From an uncultured Prevotellaceae bacterium (lineage in GTDB: Bacteria > Bacteroidota > Bacteroidia > Bacteroidales > Bacteroidaceae): 64,000 bases of DNA. Below the pieces are notes generated by a model. That model was given only the letters and a program-made list of their open reading frames with translations, searched no databases and was not told the DNA's origin. The stretch is from the NCBI GenBank assembly GCA_946411565.1, contig CAMKEM010000008.1, forward strand, positions 1,160-65,159, written 5' to 3'. The position numbers were made by a program, and so were the translations under genes. This document shows positions 1-10,078 of the stretch, piece after piece (position 1 is the first letter of the stretch; each line of letters starts with the position of its first letter).

Positions 1-1646
1 AGCAAAAACAAGCTACCAAAAGCCACCCAATAGCCCTTAAACAAGTCTTTCACGCCTTTTGACTTGTTTTTCACAAATGGGAATATGAGTATCGGGCTAA
101 TAAGCGACACGATAAGAATTGCTAATATGGTCTTGATAGTGATAAACTCAAATGGCAGTACGGTTCTTTCTGCCCAGTAAAATCCAAAGAATGTGATTGC
201 AATACAACCTGCGAAAGCTGCCATTTTTAATAATGACGAAATGATAAGTGACAGGCACCCACCATTCGCTGGCAATATCTTATTAGTAATATGCTTATTA
301 AAAAAATCATCTGGTCTTGGCGGGTTACTTCCGTAGTCAGTCCAGTTTAATATGCTTTGATCCTCAAACAATTTGCCTATGCTCTTTGGTCTCTCCTTAA
401 TAAAGGTATGGAGATGAGAGGGGAGGATATGCCTCATCATCTCTCCCATGCCGTAAGGAACATACACATAATGAATTGATGTCACCATTTCGCTAAAAGC
501 CTCTGGATTCACCTTCGTGAGTGTGGAAGGGAGATAGATATCCACCTGTGGCGTATATTTAGATGGCAGAGCACCTAATCTGTCCCAACCTGTGCCTATC
601 GTTGTTACACCCTCCTTAAACTTCACGGATTTAATATGATATAACATCGCAGCAGTAACAACATCGCCTTCATCATGAGCAAACCAAGCCAAATTCTCAA
701 TTCCTGCCTTTACGCAAATCGCATCATTTGCCTGATTAAAGCAATACATCGTCTTTCCATCAGGCAAATATATATAGTCCTCATCACGCTCACATTCCGC
801 GCTCTTGCCACTTGCCATGTCATAAAGACAACATTTATTTTTGTCGAAAAGCAAAAGCTCATTATTGTCAAGCATTATGATTTCCTCGTGCCATTCTGGA
901 AGAAGCACGTTGAATTTCTTATCAATAACATTCTTGGCAACATTCTTTCTAATTCCCTTGATGAAAGTCTTCTCGCCGTTATTGCATACAACAGCGTATT
1001 TTCCCATGAAAGGAGTCTCTACCCTATAGTCAGTTTCTATCTTTTCCATTGTGGTAAGATTCATCGCATAGTACGAAGAATCATTGAAAATACCCACGAT
1101 GTCATAATCATGGAAGAAAATATCATCATCACCTAACGGAACCAAGAACTCATTCTTATGATTGATGATGCCTTTCTTACCGTATTTCTCCACATAAACC
1201 TTTCCGTTCTTGTCAACAACATTATCATATTCAAACGGAATATTGACCTCTCCATTCGTGTTGATAGTACCCCATTTGCCATCCTTCCGCACCCATGCAG
1301 ATGCTATGCCGAAGCAATACTCGGCATCTGTGAATGGTTGCGCATCTTCGTAAATCAGCGGAATGACATCCTTGCCATCATTATCCAAGAATCCCCATTT
1401 ACTATCCATGCAGGCAAGCCATCTTTCGCTGCATGGAGCTAATAGACAGTCGTACTTATTATCTACAATAGTCTTACCATTCACATCCACCAATCCCCAT
1501 TTACCGTCTCTGCAAACGCAGATAGGGGTGTTAGCGTCCGTGAAATTGATATCGTCATACACAGCGAACAGCACAACCTTGTTCATTGCGTCCTTCAAGC
1601 CAACCTTGCCGTTCTCTACAAAAATATGATATTCAGTTTTAGCCAT
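1..1646 (-). CDS. WG-repeat protein with C-terminal transmembrane extension (3' end runs off the window)
   Basis: Not in the ORF track because no stop lies in the window. Manual translation from ATG at 1646 gives MAKTEYHIFVENGKVGLKDA...DGKWG...KWGF..., clearly paralogous to 45593..46858. Hydrophobic segments occur near positions 1-260. Confidence 0.85.
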   Translation of the reverse strand, partial: MAKTEYHIFVENGKVGLKDAMNKVVLFAVYDDINFTDANTPICVCRDGKWGLVDVNGKTIVDNKYDCLLAPCSERWLACMDSKWGFLDNDGKDVIPLIYEDAQPFTDAEYCFGIASAWVRKDGKWGTINTNGEVNIPFEYDNVVDKNGKVYVEKYGKKGIINHKNEFLVPLGDDDIFFHDYDIVGIFNDSSYYAMNLTTMEKIETDYRVETPFMGKYAVVCNNGEKTFIKGIRKNVAKNVIDKKFNVLLPEWHEEIIMLDNNELLLFDKNKCCLYDMASGKSAECERDEDYIYLPDGKTMYCFNQANDAICVKAGIENLAWFAHDEGDVVTAAMLYHIKSVKFKEGVTTIGTGWDRLGALPSKYTPQVDIYLPSTLTKVNPEAFSEMVTSIHYVYVPYGMGEMMRHILPSHLHTFIKERPKSIGKLFEDQSILNWTDYGSNPPRPDDFFNKHITNKILPANGGCLSLIISSLLKMAAFAGCIAITFFGFYWAERTVLPFEFITIKTILAILIVSLISPILIFPFVKNKSKGVKDLFKGYWVAFGSLFL

Positions 1647-1790
1647 TATCGTTATAATTTAGAATTTCCGCACAAAGGTAATAATATTTTGCTAAACCTC
1701 AAAATATCTGTCGAAGTACTTGGCGTTTTTGAAGATTTTGAGTAATTTTGCCATTCATTAAGATATAATGAAAATTTCGCGTAGCTCAAG

Positions 1791-2028
1791 TTGCCTGAAA
1801 GGCAATACTATGAGTAACCGGGGGCATACTCGACGAAGGAGAGGATGCCCTCGGTTAAGGACAATCAATCATATTATCAGCATGTAAGGCTGTACCTAAT
1901 TGCTCCTCACGCATGACCTTTCGCTATGTACTGCCCTCCAGGCAGTAGGGAGGTTTCGGGCTCTACCCCCGCACATCCTCGTTACACTCGTATGTACGGG
2001 GTTACTAAAAGTATTGTCTTCCAGACAA
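1791..2028. repeat. REPIN/MITE-like palindromic element, family B copy 1
   Basis: Ends TTGCCTGAAAGGCAA and TTGTCTTCCAGACAA in inverted orientation. Colinear similarity to 47084..47361, including shared CCCCGCACATCCTCGTT.CACTCGTATGTACGGGG. Confidence 0.75.
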
Positions 2029-2064
2029 ATCCGTCATTGCAGAACACTATTTATTACTATTGAT

Positions 2065-3015
2065 ATGAATCTACTAAACAGACTATACAATCTTTCGGCA
2101 TGGATGGCGGCGCATATCACGCTGCTCGTTGTAGGTGTAGCGGTATTGGCTTTGTTTGTGCCGATGTCATTCTTATGGGTATCAACCTCCGCGGTCACAC
2201 CCATGCTTGGCGTTGTGATGTTCGGTATGGGATTGACCCTGAAGCCATCCGATTTCAAGCCTGTAATGATGCACCCGAAGGATATCCTCGTAGGCGAGCT
2301 TGCGCAGTTCGTCGTCATGCCCTCCGTGGCGTGGAGTCTGTGCCAGTTGCTCAATCTGCCCTCAGAACTCGCCCTCGGTGTAATACTCGTGGGATGCTGT
2401 CCGGGAGGAACGGCAAGCAACGTGATATGCTATCTTGCCAAGGGAGACATAGCTCTGAGCGTAGCCATGACGGGAGTCTCCACGCTCCTTGCCCCTATCG
2501 TAACCCCTGCCCTTGTGCTCCTCCTTGCAGGAAAGGAAGTCAACGTAGATGTCATGGGAATGTTTCTGAGCATCGTGCAAGTCGTAATCGTGCCTATCAT
2601 TCTCGGCTTCGTGGTAAACCATTACTTCGCAAAGTTCACGGAGAAGATAACGCCCATGTTGCCAATGGTCTCAACCATAGCCATTGCCTTTATCATCGGA
2701 ATCATAGTGAGCCATAACGCCCAGAGCATCATGTCATGCAGTCTGGTGGTTGCAGTAGTCGTAATCCTGCACAACGTGCTTGGCTTAGCTCTCGGATATG
2801 GGGTAGGGAAGGTGCTCGGTATCGACTTCCCGAAGCGCACAGCGATAGCCATCGAGGTTGGTATGCAGAACTCAGGACTTGCCACCTCGCTTGCTGCTAC
2901 ACATTTCGCCATGTTCCCAATGGCTACAGTTCCCGGTGCCATCTTCTCCGTATGGCATAATTTCTCAGGAAGCATCGCTGCGCAGATTTTCCGAAAGCTC
3001 AATAAGCGAGATTAA
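2065..3015 (+). CDS. Bile acid:sodium symporter (BASS/SBF) family transporter
   Basis: Motifs LGVVMFGMGLTL, GCCPGGTASNV and EVGMQNSGLA; highly hydrophobic. Start moved to ATG 2065. Confidence 0.92.
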   Translation: MNLLNRLYNLSAWMAAHITLLVVGVAVLALFVPMSFLWVSTSAVTPMLGVVMFGMGLTLKPSDFKPVMMHPKDILVGELAQFVVMPSVAWSLCQLLNLPSELALGVILVGCCPGGTASNVICYLAKGDIALSVAMTGVSTLLAPIVTPALVLLLAGKEVNVDVMGMFLSIVQVVIVPIILGFVVNHYFAKFTEKITPMLPMVSTIAIAFIIGIIVSHNAQSIMSCSLVVAVVVILHNVLGLALGYGVGKVLGIDFPKRTAIAIEVGMQNSGLATSLAATHFAMFPMATVPGAIFSVWHNFSGSIAAQIFRKLNKRD

Positions 3016-3176
3016 AAAGAAATTAATAAATTAAGGGATTAGGGGATTAAGGGATTAAGATATTGATACCAACGCAGAGTCGCAAAGGCGCAAAGCATTT
3101 ATGACGTTAATCTTTTGACATCTTAACATCTTGCATCTTAATATTATAATTTCTTAATTTCTTAATCTCGCCAAGT

Positions 3177-3206
3177 GGGTGTGTGTATTTTTAGTTAAAC
3201 TTTAAC
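3177..3206 (+). repeat. GGGTGTGT...AGTTAAACTTTAAC motif, copy 1 of 5
   Basis: Matches copies at 46941, 47450 (reverse), 47578 and 51545 (reverse). Confidence 0.8.
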
Positions 3207-3294
3207 ACTAATTTCCTTATTGTTACCTGTTACTTGTTACCGAGAGTGATTTTCTACTTTTCGCTTTTTTTATTTCATTTCAACTATGGGGCAC

Positions 3295-3400
3295 AGAACG
3301 AAGCGTATAGAAGAGAGGGTGAGAGAAAAGTGAGGAAAGATGTTTATAATCAGTGAGTTAGAGGGGCTGAGGCTGTGAGAGCGGATTAAAACGAAATGTT
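3295..3400 (+). promoter_or_regulatory. Left-end putative transposase binding sites (L1 3295-3307, L2 3388-3400)
   Basis: AGAACGAAGCGTA and AAAACGAAATGTT, 80 nt apart; reverse complements (exact or near) of the right-end repeats. Confidence 0.75.
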
Positions 3401-3666
3401 TACATAGGCTTACGTTGGGTTTACATCTGGGGGAAAATAGTTTACGTTCATAGGACGATAGATTTACGTATATAGGGCTGCACGTTGTCGCGTGTGGCCT
3501 TTTTTGTTTGTGGATGGGTAAATCATTGAGCCGTGGGCGTTTAGCGCGTCAGAGGGCTTGTTTCGGGGCTTTGTTTGAATGTGGTTCGGAGGGTGTTAGA
3601 ATGGCATTGGAATGGGGAGAGGTGGAGAGGGTGTCAGAGGTGGGGAAATGGGACGAAAATAGGGGG

Positions 3667-3724
3667 TGGATATTCAGGTGGATATTCAAACTGGATATTC
3701 ATTTGGGGGGTAACTGGATATTCA
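3667..3724 (+). repeat. Four direct repeats of TGGATATTCA
   Basis: Exact 10-mers at 3667, 3679, 3692 and 3715. Confidence 0.85.
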
Positions 3725-4032
3725 AAACTCTTGCCCGAAGGGGGAGTGTAGAGGGAGAGGAAAAAGCCGAAATTTGGCTTAAAGTATAGGAAACTGACAC
3801 TTTTAGAGCAACTTTGGAAAGGGGGGATGTGGCTCTGGAGTATGTAGAATGGGGATTTCGGGGGTGATTGTGGGGAAAATGGGAGGGGGAGCACCCACGA
3901 GGGGGATGGGGAGAGGGCGAGGGGCAACCAAGTTTGGTTGCTTTGGGAGGGGTGAAGACGGAGGACGAGAGCAGCCATGTACGGCTGCCTTAGAGGGGGC
4001 AAGGATGGAGGGGGCAGCCAAGGACGGCTGCC

Positions 4033-4692
4033 TTATTCGAGACGGATGAGACCGATGACGAGGGCGACAGCGTATATGTCCTTATAAGGGAGCTCGAATG
4101 GATCGTACTCCTTATTATCAGAGACGATGAGGACATGATCCTTGTCGCTGCCTGGCTTTATGCGCTTGATGATAGCACCTTGTGCGGTGTCGAGGACATA
4201 GGGCTTGTTCCATTGGAAGAAGATATCGGTCATAGGAACACGCTGGCAAGCGACGATATCGCCAGATATATAAGTAGGTGTCATGCTGTTTCCCTTGACA
4301 GGCATAAGGAAGTCGGCATTATGGAAGGCTGGTACCACGTATCTCTCGCACTCATATTCTAATGCAGACTGCTCACCAGTCAGGGCACCAGCCATTGCGC
4401 TGAAAGGAATAAGAGGTATGCCCTCTTTTGGATTTTCTGCCTGATGTGCGACTTCCCTCTTGTCGTCTTTTATCATTTCGCCATTGCCTGTAAGAAGCCA
4501 TTGCTCATTTACTTCTGGGGCATAGGCAAGAAATCTCGTAAGATTATCTTCGCTTATACCATTGTTTTGGGCAAGAATTCCCCTTGTAATTCCTGATTTT
4601 TTATAAAATTCATACTCAGAAACACCATTTTTAGCTAAGTAAAGCAAGATTTTTTGCTTTATAGGCGATTTTTCTTGTTTATTTTCTTGCAT
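4033..4692 (-). CDS. Prophage repressor (HTH plus S24 peptidase, CI/LexA-like)
   Basis: N-terminal HTH, WLLTGNGEM, VKGNSMTP (catalytic Ser) and IIKRI (Lys); divergent from the early operon. Confidence 0.9.
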   Translation of the reverse strand: MQENKQEKSPIKQKILLYLAKNGVSEYEFYKKSGITRGILAQNNGISEDNLTRFLAYAPEVNEQWLLTGNGEMIKDDKREVAHQAENPKEGIPLIPFSAMAGALTGEQSALEYECERYVVPAFHNADFLMPVKGNSMTPTYISGDIVACQRVPMTDIFFQWNKPYVLDTAQGAIIKRIKPGSDKDHVLIVSDNKEYDPFELPYKDIYAVALVIGLIRLE

Positions 4693-4709
4693 AATCGAGA
4701 AAACTTGTT

Positions 4710-4717
4710 TATCTTTG
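4710..4717 (+). promoter_or_regulatory. Bacteroidetes -7 promoter box (early, rightward)
   Basis: TATCTTTG matches TAnnTTTG. Confidence 0.6.
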
Positions 4718-4755
4718 CAGCGAGTTCATTATTGTATAACCTAAGAAATTAGAGA

Positions 4756-5040
4756 TTATGGTAAATCTTCAATTGGCCAGTCGTCTGGTAGAGGCAAGAG
4801 TTCGACGTTATAATGCGTATTCAAAGCAGCAAGGTCGGACAGTATGTGGAGCCACAGAAGTTGTTTATGTTCGCTTAGACCTGTTAGATCGAATGCGTAC
4901 GAATCCTCAGTTGGCGAGTTTTGCAATACCGGCTTACGAATATGAGCAATTCGGCAAAACGAAATTAGGTCACGCTTACATTTCTGCACATCTTTGGAAG
5001 AGGTGCAATCTACAATCAATACTCGGATGATGTACTTCAT
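4756..5040 (-). CDS. Hypothetical ~94-aa accessory protein upstream of the repressor
   Basis: ORF MKYIIRVLIVD...; minus-strand TAACTTTG box near 5070-5077; flanked by an 11-bp direct repeat. Confidence 0.6.
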   Translation of the reverse strand: MKYIIRVLIVDCTSSKDVQKCKRDLISFCRIAHIRKPVLQNSPTEDSYAFDLTGLSEHKQLLWLHILSDLAALNTHYNVELLPLPDDWPIEDLP

Positions 5041-5129
5041 TGATTCACGTTCATTATTGAATGGCGCGCCAAAGTTAGTAAAAAAAATCGAGAAATAAGA
5101 ATATTTTAACAACAAAAAGACAGAAGCGT

Positions 5130-5342
5130 ATGAAACATGTTGACAAGAACAGCTTGAAGCACTTTGCCGTCTGCCTCCTTATTTCCCTGGCGGGACTGTA
5201 CGGAGTGGCGTGTGCGGTAGGTGCAGCCCTGACCAAGGAATGGTGTGATAAACAGAGTTACGGCCACTGGTGCTGGATGGATCTGCTATTTGATGCGTTC
5301 GGATGCGCAACGGGTTACGGTCTTCACCTGTTGGTGTTTTAG
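5130..5342 (+). CDS. Small membrane protein
   Basis: 70 aa, hydrophobic, LKHF...TKE..D..W.D pattern; A-rich translation start context. Confidence 0.65.
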   Translation: MKHVDKNSLKHFAVCLLISLAGLYGVACAVGAALTKEWCDKQSYGHWCWMDLLFDAFGCATGYGLHLLVF

Positions 5343-5367
5343 TTCAACCTTAAAAACAATAACGATT

Positions 5368-5760
5368 ATGGGAAAAAGAAAATGCAAGAGGATCATCAAG
5401 GTATCCTTAGAGAACAAGAAAAAGCTGGAGGAGATTTTCCAGTGTTCAGACCGCATGGTGATGAAGGCACTCTGCTTTGAGAGCCAGACCTTGTTGGCAA
5501 GGAAGATCCAGCACACGGCTCGCGAGGAGATGGGTGGCTGGATAGAGGCAGCGATACCGGAAGAGGAGATATTCTATGACACGCAGGAAGGCGGTGAGCG
5601 TTTCATGCGCCAGTATTTCGGCAATGGTGCCGTGATAGAGATAAGCCTTAATACAGGCGGGGGCAAGATCACGTTCAAGGGCGAGCCACGATATAGCTAT
5701 GAAGAGGTGCTTGTGAGTGATATCCCTACCCTTCAGAACTACGCACGCAATCTGAAATAA
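5368..5760 (+). CDS. Early DNA-binding protein (Ner-like position)
   Basis: Basic HTH-like N-terminus directly before the transposase. Start moved to ATG 5368. Confidence 0.7.
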   Translation: MGKRKCKRIIKVSLENKKKLEEIFQCSDRMVMKALCFESQTLLARKIQHTAREEMGGWIEAAIPEEEIFYDTQEGGERFMRQYFGNGAVIEISLNTGGGKITFKGEPRYSYEEVLVSDIPTLQNYARNLK

Positions 5761-5772
5761 GGAGGAGTGGAG

Positions 5773-7800
5773 ATGGAGTATTACGGGAATAAGTGGTGTA
5801 TAAGCGCCCGTGAGCTGGTAGATGGTGGCATTGTAAGCCAGTCGAACTACCGTAACTGGGTGAACCGTGGCCGCATCGAGGTGGTGCGTCGCGGTGGCGG
5901 TGCCGTCGGGCAGTATGCGCTTGTTGCCGTTGACAGCCTTCCCCTCGAATACAAGGCAAAGGTTCAGGAACGCTATCCCGATTCGAAGCTTGCCCATCTG
6001 AAGGGCTGGGTGCAAAGCAACTATGAGCTTGACCAGAGTGCGATGGCATATTTCCACAGCAGGGAGCAAGCAGGCTTAGACCTTCCGGCAGATAAGATAC
6101 GCGAGTATGTGGTTAACGCGAGCGTGCTGAACTGCTGCATCCGTCTGTACGAGCGTGCAGCGACCACGCGCAAGCTGATGGGCGACAAGTACAACTGGGA
6201 GCAAATGGCAAATGCCATAGAGTCGTTGCGCGAGGAGTACGGTCACACGTTGCCAGCGAGCACGCTACGCTTCAGGAAGAAGGTGAACGAGTACAAGCGT
6301 GACGGATATGGCTGCCTGATCAGCGGCAAGTTCGGAAACCAGAGTGCAAGGAAGGTTAGCATGAAGGTCGTGATACTGGTACGCAGCCTTGCAGTACTCC
6401 CCAACAAGCCATACAACAGCAACGTGCATGAGATGTATCTGGCATTTGTATGCGGTGAGCTTGATGTGTGGAACTACCAGACAGGCGAACTGATGAACCC
6501 TGAAGAGTTCGTTGATAAGAACGGAGATCCTCTGAGCCTGAGCGAGAGCACGATCAGCAACATCCTCAACGAGCCGGCTACAAGGATGCTCGTGGAGAAG
6601 TCGCTTACGAGCTGGACAACCTTCATGCATGAGCAGATGCCACACGTACACAGGCACGGCGGTGACTGGTCGTTGTCGCAGATAACGATGGATGACGTTG
6701 ACCTGACGCGAAAGCTGAAGGACACCAAGCAGAGGATACACGCCTACTATGCCTACGATGTGGTGAGCCAATGCGTGATCGGTGCATCATACGGTCGCAA
6801 GAAGGACGAGGGACTGGTTGTGGACTGCTTCCGTGACATGTTCAGGCTGATTGCAGGGAACGGCTGGGGGATGCCGGCAGCCATTGAGGTGGAGAATCAC
6901 CTTATGACACAGTACAAGGAAGGATTCCTTCAGGCAGGTGAGGTGTTCAAGTTCGTGCACTTCTGCGCCCCACAGAACTCACAGGAGAAGTATGCCGAGC
7001 CTCTTAACGGTGCGAAGAAGCGCAGCGTGATCCATAAGAACCACACGGGAATAGGCCGTTTCTACGGCAAGGGCAAGTGGCGACAGGAATACATCAAGGT
7101 AAGCGATGAGACCAACGAACTCTACGAGGACAAGGAGTATTTCGGCTTTGATGAGCTTGTGGCAGATGACATGGCTGACAACTATGAGTGGAATCACCAG
7201 TTGCACCCTAATCAGAAGAAGTTCCCTGGCATGACGAGGTGGGATGTGCTCTGTGAGAGAATCAATCCAGACCTTCAGCCTCTTGACAACATCACGCTGG
7301 CAAGGTATATAGGTGAGAGCGTAGAGACGAGCATCAAGAGGAACTCAACGGTGCGCGTGGCATACGAGGACTGGTGGCTGAGTGACACGAGCGTACTGGA
7401 GAAACTGAGACCTAACGACTACAAGGTGACAGCCTACTATATGCCAGATGTGGAAGGCAAGCCATCGGAGGTGTACATCTTCCAAGGCGACAAGTACATT
7501 GACACGGTGGAGAAGGTTGAGACCTACAACCGCGTACTGTCAGAGCAGACCGAGGAGGACATGGTGAAGTACATAGAGCAGCGCAAGAAGATAGCGAAGT
7601 TCGAGAAGTATGTACGTGAGCATGAAATCGAGAGCGTCGGAGTGATGCGGAAGGTGAAGGAACCACCGCGCGGAGAAGCACTCGGAACTGTAGCGGAAGA
7701 AGAGGAACTGGAGGCTGTTGCGGCAATGCCACGACACACGGAACATGAAGCCCTGTATGCTTCGATGAATACGGAAGACAGGGCGATTGAAGATATGTAA
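5773..7800 (+). CDS. Mu-like DDE transposase (MuA analogue)
   Basis: About 675 aa; ITMDDVD, YYAYDVVSQCVIG and QEKYAE resemble an integrase core; followed by an AAA ATPase. Confidence 0.85.
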   Translation: MEYYGNKWCISARELVDGGIVSQSNYRNWVNRGRIEVVRRGGGAVGQYALVAVDSLPLEYKAKVQERYPDSKLAHLKGWVQSNYELDQSAMAYFHSREQAGLDLPADKIREYVVNASVLNCCIRLYERAATTRKLMGDKYNWEQMANAIESLREEYGHTLPASTLRFRKKVNEYKRDGYGCLISGKFGNQSARKVSMKVVILVRSLAVLPNKPYNSNVHEMYLAFVCGELDVWNYQTGELMNPEEFVDKNGDPLSLSESTISNILNEPATRMLVEKSLTSWTTFMHEQMPHVHRHGGDWSLSQITMDDVDLTRKLKDTKQRIHAYYAYDVVSQCVIGASYGRKKDEGLVVDCFRDMFRLIAGNGWGMPAAIEVENHLMTQYKEGFLQAGEVFKFVHFCAPQNSQEKYAEPLNGAKKRSVIHKNHTGIGRFYGKGKWRQEYIKVSDETNELYEDKEYFGFDELVADDMADNYEWNHQLHPNQKKFPGMTRWDVLCERINPDLQPLDNITLARYIGESVETSIKRNSTVRVAYEDWWLSDTSVLEKLRPNDYKVTAYYMPDVEGKPSEVYIFQGDKYIDTVEKVETYNRVLSEQTEEDMVKYIEQRKKIAKFEKYVREHEIESVGVMRKVKEPPRGEALGTVAEEEELEAVAAMPRHTEHEALYASMNTEDRAIEDM

Positions 7801-7835
7801 ACACGATTGTTAAACCATTAAAACGCCGTTAGAAT

Positions 7836-8711
7836 ATGATTACAACAGCGATAAAAAAGCGGATTCTGGAGGCGATAGTCGCCAACCGCGCGAACTATCC
7901 GAGCGATGCGAAACACGCAGCCGTGCTTGGTATTTCCGCGAGTGTGTATAACAGTCTGAAGAATGGTCAGACGGAGAAGGTGCTTAGTGATGCCAACTGG
8001 GTGAACATAGCCCGAAGGCTTGATGTTAACCTCCGCGACACCATAGAGTGGAAGGGTGCGAAGACCGAGACCTTCAAGTATATCAACAAGCAGCTTGAGA
8101 CTTGTCAGGACAGAAGCCTTAGCGTGATACTGTGCGACCTGCCGAACATCGGCAAGACCTACACGGCACGCTGGTACGTGAACGAGCATAGGAACGCCGT
8201 GTATATCGACTGTTCACAGGTGAAGACCAAGAGGGCTCTGGTGAAGAAGATAGCAATGGAGTTCGGCGTGGGAACCACGAGCAAGTACCAGGACACCTAC
8301 GAGGATCTTATCTATTACCTCCGCTCAATGGAACGCCCTTTGGTTGTGCTCGATGAGGCAGGTGACCTTCAGTATGAGGCATTCCTTGAGTTAAAAGCCC
8401 TGTGGAACGCGACTGAGATGTGCTGTGGGTGGTATATGATGGGAGCTGACGGACTTGCAGCCAAGATAAACAGGAACGTGGAAGGCAGGAAGGTGGGCTA
8501 CGCAGAGATATTCTCACGCTATGGCGGTAAGTACAGCAGGGTGACACCTGAACAGGAAGACGACCGCAAGGACTTCCTTCTGGAACAGGCTCGCGTAGTT
8601 GCAAAGGTGAATGCACCAGAGGGAACCGATATCGGTCTGATAGTCCGCAAGAGCGGTGGCGGTCTGAGGCGAGTATATACGGAAATCGAAAAAATCAAGA
8701 AAGGAGCATGA
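7836..8711 (+). CDS. MuB-like AAA+ transposition ATPase
   Basis: N-terminal HTH, Walker A PNIGKT, Walker B VVLDEAGDL. Confidence 0.88.
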   Translation: MITTAIKKRILEAIVANRANYPSDAKHAAVLGISASVYNSLKNGQTEKVLSDANWVNIARRLDVNLRDTIEWKGAKTETFKYINKQLETCQDRSLSVILCDLPNIGKTYTARWYVNEHRNAVYIDCSQVKTKRALVKKIAMEFGVGTTSKYQDTYEDLIYYLRSMERPLVVLDEAGDLQYEAFLELKALWNATEMCCGWYMMGADGLAAKINRNVEGRKVGYAEIFSRYGGKYSRVTPEQEDDRKDFLLEQARVVAKVNAPEGTDIGLIVRKSGGGLRRVYTEIEKIKKGA

Positions 8712-8896
8712 TGACAGGAAGCAGTCATACTATAGACTGGGAGCAGCGCAGGTATGAGATGGCAAAGGACTTCCTTGCCGCGTTGCTGACCAATGAAAGC
8801 GTCGTGCGTGAGGTAGCGACAAACCGCAATACCGGCGGTGCAGTCTCAGCAGCAGTAGCCTTTGCCGACAAGATGATAGTAGCCCTTCACGGATAG
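8708..8896 (+). CDS. Small phage hypothetical protein
   Basis: ATGA overlap with the ATPase stop; IDWEQRRYEMAK...AVAFAD motif common in Bacteroidetes phages. Confidence 0.7.
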   Translation: MMTGSSHTIDWEQRRYEMAKDFLAALLTNESVVREVATNRNTGGAVSAAVAFADKMIVALHG

Positions 8897-8931
8897 AAGA
8901 GCTTATAGTGTAAAGAGTAAAGTGTAATGAA

Positions 8932-9552
8932 ATGAAACGAGCATATAGTCCAAAGGAGATAATCAAGAAGACCTACAAGACGCTGCCGTGGGGTGGTCGC
9001 TGGGAGAAAGCTTTCGGTTTGCCTGAAGAAAACTCCATTTGGTTCATCAGCGGTGCGTCTGCCAGCGGTAAGAGCTCTTTCGTAATGCAACTGGCACATG
9101 AGCTGACCAACTATGGTCAGGTGCTCTATATGAGCTACGAGGAAGGCGTAAGCCAGAGCTTTCAGGAGCGTTTGCTTAGATTCGGTCTTGACAAGAAGCA
9201 GGGATGGTTCCGTGTAGCGACCAATGACACGGTGGAAGATCTGCAAAACAGGCTGAAGAAACGCCACTCAGCAAAGTTCATCATAGTTGATTCATTCCAG
9301 GATGCAGGTTGGGAATGGCCAGAGACAAAAGCCTTGTTAGAGGCATTCCCGAAGAAGAGCTTCATATTTATCAGTCAGGAAGCCAAAGGGCAACCTTTAG
9401 GAAAGCCAGCCGTCAGGCTACGCTATAAAGCAGGAATAAAAGTTCGAGTCGTCGGTTTCCGCGCCTATTGTCAGGGACGTTTCAATCCCGATGCAGGCAA
9501 CAGCTTCATAGTATGGGAAGAAGGTGTATTAAGGACAACAAACAACGTGTGA
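8932..9552 (+). CDS. RecA/RadA/KaiC-like P-loop ATPase
   Basis: GASASGKSS, YMSYEEG and IIVDSFQ. Confidence 0.85.
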   Translation: MKRAYSPKEIIKKTYKTLPWGGRWEKAFGLPEENSIWFISGASASGKSSFVMQLAHELTNYGQVLYMSYEEGVSQSFQERLLRFGLDKKQGWFRVATNDTVEDLQNRLKKRHSAKFIIVDSFQDAGWEWPETKALLEAFPKKSFIFISQEAKGQPLGKPAVRLRYKAGIKVRVVGFRAYCQGRFNPDAGNSFIVWEEGVLRTTNNV

Positions 9553-9556
9553 GGCT

Positions 9557-9763
9557 ATGGAGAAATACCAGATACTAATAGACAGAGACAACCTTGCCAC
9601 GGTGGTGGATGACTGGATGTATCATGGCGGGTGTGACATAACGCTTCGCATAGCCAAGACCAAAGGATGCAGGGTGATAGAAACCACGAATGCCTTGTAT
9701 GCGGCGAGGATGGTGAACTATCTGAAGGTGGCAAAGAAAGTGAACATAGTGAATCAAGTGTAA
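9557..9763 (+). CDS. Hypothetical phage protein
   Basis: Tightly packed in the early operon. Confidence 0.6.
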   Translation: MEKYQILIDRDNLATVVDDWMYHGGCDITLRIAKTKGCRVIETTNALYAARMVNYLKVAKKVNIVNQV

Positions 9764-9789
9764 AGTTTAAGGTTTAGAGTTTAGAGAAT

Positions 9790-10059
9790 ATGAGCAGGAT
9801 TAGAGAAATGATCGAGCTTACGCCCCCTGCAGTGTTCAGGGAGGCGCGTCCGGAGAGACTTACGGTGTCGGGCTTTACTTGCCCTGAGTGTCATGGAAAC
9901 GGCTGGTTCTGGAGTGAGGACAGCGGTGGCGACTGGGAAAAGAAGGATTGCCCCGTATGTGGTGGAACGAAGGAGGTGACAGCCGAGGTGGTGATACGCT
10001 GGAGGGGAAAGTGTTGCGGCAATGCCCCGACAAACAAGACCAACGAGAATAATGTTTAA
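9790..10059 (+). CDS. Zinc-finger protein (DnaJ-type CxxCxGxG)
   Basis: CPECHGNG and CPVCGGT. Confidence 0.7.
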   Translation: MSRIREMIELTPPAVFREARPERLTVSGFTCPECHGNGWFWSEDSGGDWEKKDCPVCGGTKEVTAEVVIRWRGKCCGNAPTNKTNENNV

Positions 10060-10078
10060 CATCTTAACTAAGACAATT

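Noticed and set aside
675..1629. Plus-strand ORFs listed in the track
   Set aside because: Antisense to the real minus-strand WG-repeat gene.
1900..2064. N-terminal extension of the BASS transporter
   Set aside because: Runs through the REPIN-like element; ATG 2065 gives a normal-length protein.
3667..3724. CRISPR-like array
   Set aside because: 10-bp repeats with 2-13 nt spacers and no cas genes.
3508..4049. Gly- or Pro-rich ORFs at the phage left end
   Set aside because: By-products of G-rich non-coding sequence.
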